Shown here: positions 63,018 through 64,000 of the stretch, piece by piece
Layout: every line of letters begins with the position of its first letter
How positions within the stretch are numbered: the first letter of the stretch is position 1
Source: Flavobacteriales bacterium
Lineage (GTDB): Bacteria; Bacteroidota; Bacteroidia; Flavobacteriales; Flavobacteriaceae
Direction: 5' to 3'
DNA: 64,000 nucleotides
NCBI GenBank assembly: GCA_004213995.1
Contig: SGZJ01000004.1
Location: 725-64,724 of the forward strand
Program-made: the position numbers and the translations under genes
The notes under the pieces: generated by a model
The model's database searches: none
What the model was told of the DNA's origin: nothing
What the model saw: only the letters and a program-made list of their open reading frames with translations

Positions 63018-64000
63018 ATGAATAGTGGTACATCAATGATAGTTTTTAAAACATTATTGACTTCAATCATCATATTTAGTCATCTAAATACATTAATAGC
63101 ACAAACTCCTTCAGACTCATTAAAATTGATTTGGACTGATGTTAATAAATCAGATTCTATAAGATTTAAATCAATTAGTGAATTTTACTACATTAACACC
63201 TATGCACAGCCTGATTCAATAATATTACTGACCAAATATCATTATAACCTGGCTAAGCAAAAGAATAGTACAAAACAAATGGCAAGCGCCTTGAATGAAA
63301 GATCTTATGCCTACTATATAAAGGGAGATTTAAATAAATCTTCGGAAATATTAAAGCAATCTATTGAATTATTTAAATTAATTAATGAACCAAAAAACCT
63401 TGCAGTAATTCAGTCAAATTTGGGTTTTATATACTTTGAGGAAAAAAAATATTTAGAGGCATTTTTATCTTTAAATGAATCCTTGAAATTTATAAAAAAA
63501 GAAAATTTAAAAACATCTGAATCTCGCTTGTTAACAAAACTTGGAGAAATCTATAGTATACTTGATGAATTAGATTTAGCTATGAATTATTTTAATCAAG
63601 CCGAATCTATTTGCATGGCAACTGAGGTGAATAAAAAAAATCAACTAGGGTCAATACTAGAAAATAAAGCGGAAGTTTATTATAGATTAAAAAATTTCAA
63701 ATTAGCAATTGATTACTCTAAAAAAGCAATAAAAGAATTTAATCATAGCAATAATAAATATGACATAGCAACATGTTATTTGCTAATGGCAAAATCTTAC
63801 AATCAAATTAATGATGAAATCAAATCATTAGAAAACTTAGAAAAATCTTTGCAAATTAGTTATGAATTAAATAATAATTCAAAAATCATTAATGCACTAT
63901 TACTAAAATTTAATATAATTTATAATTCTAATCCCTTAAAAGCTCTAGAAGGAGCAGAAAATATTCTAAAATTAATTACTAAACAAACCAGTAATGAAAC
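63018..64000 (+). CDS. TPR-repeat protein, N-terminal part (3' end outside the window); possibly the sensor part of a regulator
   Basis: Absent from the ORF track because no stop is reached. I translated the frame from the ATG at 63018 and it stays open to nt 64000. MNSGTSMIVFKTLLTSIIIFSHLNTLIAQ is a leader or TM helix. Repeated TPR-like units follow (..ALNERSYAYYIKGDLNKS.., ..NLGFIYFEEKKYLEA.., ..KAEVYYRLKNFKLAIDY..). Confidence 0.75.
   Translation, partial: MNSGTSMIVFKTLLTSIIIFSHLNTLIAQTPSDSLKLIWTDVNKSDSIRFKSISEFYYINTYAQPDSIILLTKYHYNLAKQKNSTKQMASALNERSYAYYIKGDLNKSSEILKQSIELFKLINEPKNLAVIQSNLGFIYFEEKKYLEAFLSLNESLKFIKKENLKTSESRLLTKLGEIYSILDELDLAMNYFNQAESICMATEVNKKNQLGSILENKAEVYYRLKNFKLAIDYSKKAIKEFNHSNNKYDIATCYLLMAKSYNQINDEIKSLENLEKSLQISYELNNNSKIINALLLKFNIIYNSNPLKALEGAENILKLITKQTSNE

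Overview
This is an AT-rich, very gene-dense chromosomal segment that looks like a marine Flavobacteriia (Bacteroidota) genome. Three proteins end in T9SS type-A C-terminal sorting domains, many genes are preceded by the Bacteroidota TAnnTTTG '-7' promoter box, and the synteny is flavobacterial (apaG / DUF5103-like / nqrABCDEF-apbE; rsfS-ftsH-LUD-cdsA-psd). All family names come from reading the translations and from memory; no search was run.

I call about 68 CDS. Three calls go beyond the ORF track: the 5' extension of the trkH-like gene, a TPR protein at 63018..>64000, and a possible 38-aa peptide at 383..499. I also call 2 intrinsic terminators, about 19 candidate -7 boxes and 2 short tandem DNA repeats. 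I saw no rRNA or tRNA genes, CRISPR array, transposase, integrase or prophage signal.

Most of the window is housekeeping: translation, cell envelope, cofactor synthesis and a complete Na+-NQR respiratory operon.

Items most worth follow-up:
1. A five-gene exported CxxC/outer-membrane module at 3.8-9.4 kb (two Omp28-like proteins, a TlpA-like thioredoxin, a DUF6029-like barrel and an orphan lipoprotein).
2. An uncharacterised 125-aa gene translationally coupled between nqrF and apbE.
3. A 63-aa single-helix, four-Cys protein 6 nt upstream of an Nramp-related transporter whose DPGN metal site reads GVSH. It is a possible NqrM-like or metal-handling factor.
4. A very acidic lipoprotein made of three Cys-bracketed modules of about 82 aa.
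5. Two unrelated proteins whose apparent zinc-ribbon scaffolds have lost all four Cys.
6. A T9SS-exported CotH-kinase protein with two lamin-tail domains, in a distal region rich in exported proteins (51-63 kb).

Genome-architecture oddities: convergent genes that share a palindromic TTAA stop, obligatory TTG starts, and -7 boxes that abut start codons (possible leaderless mRNAs).
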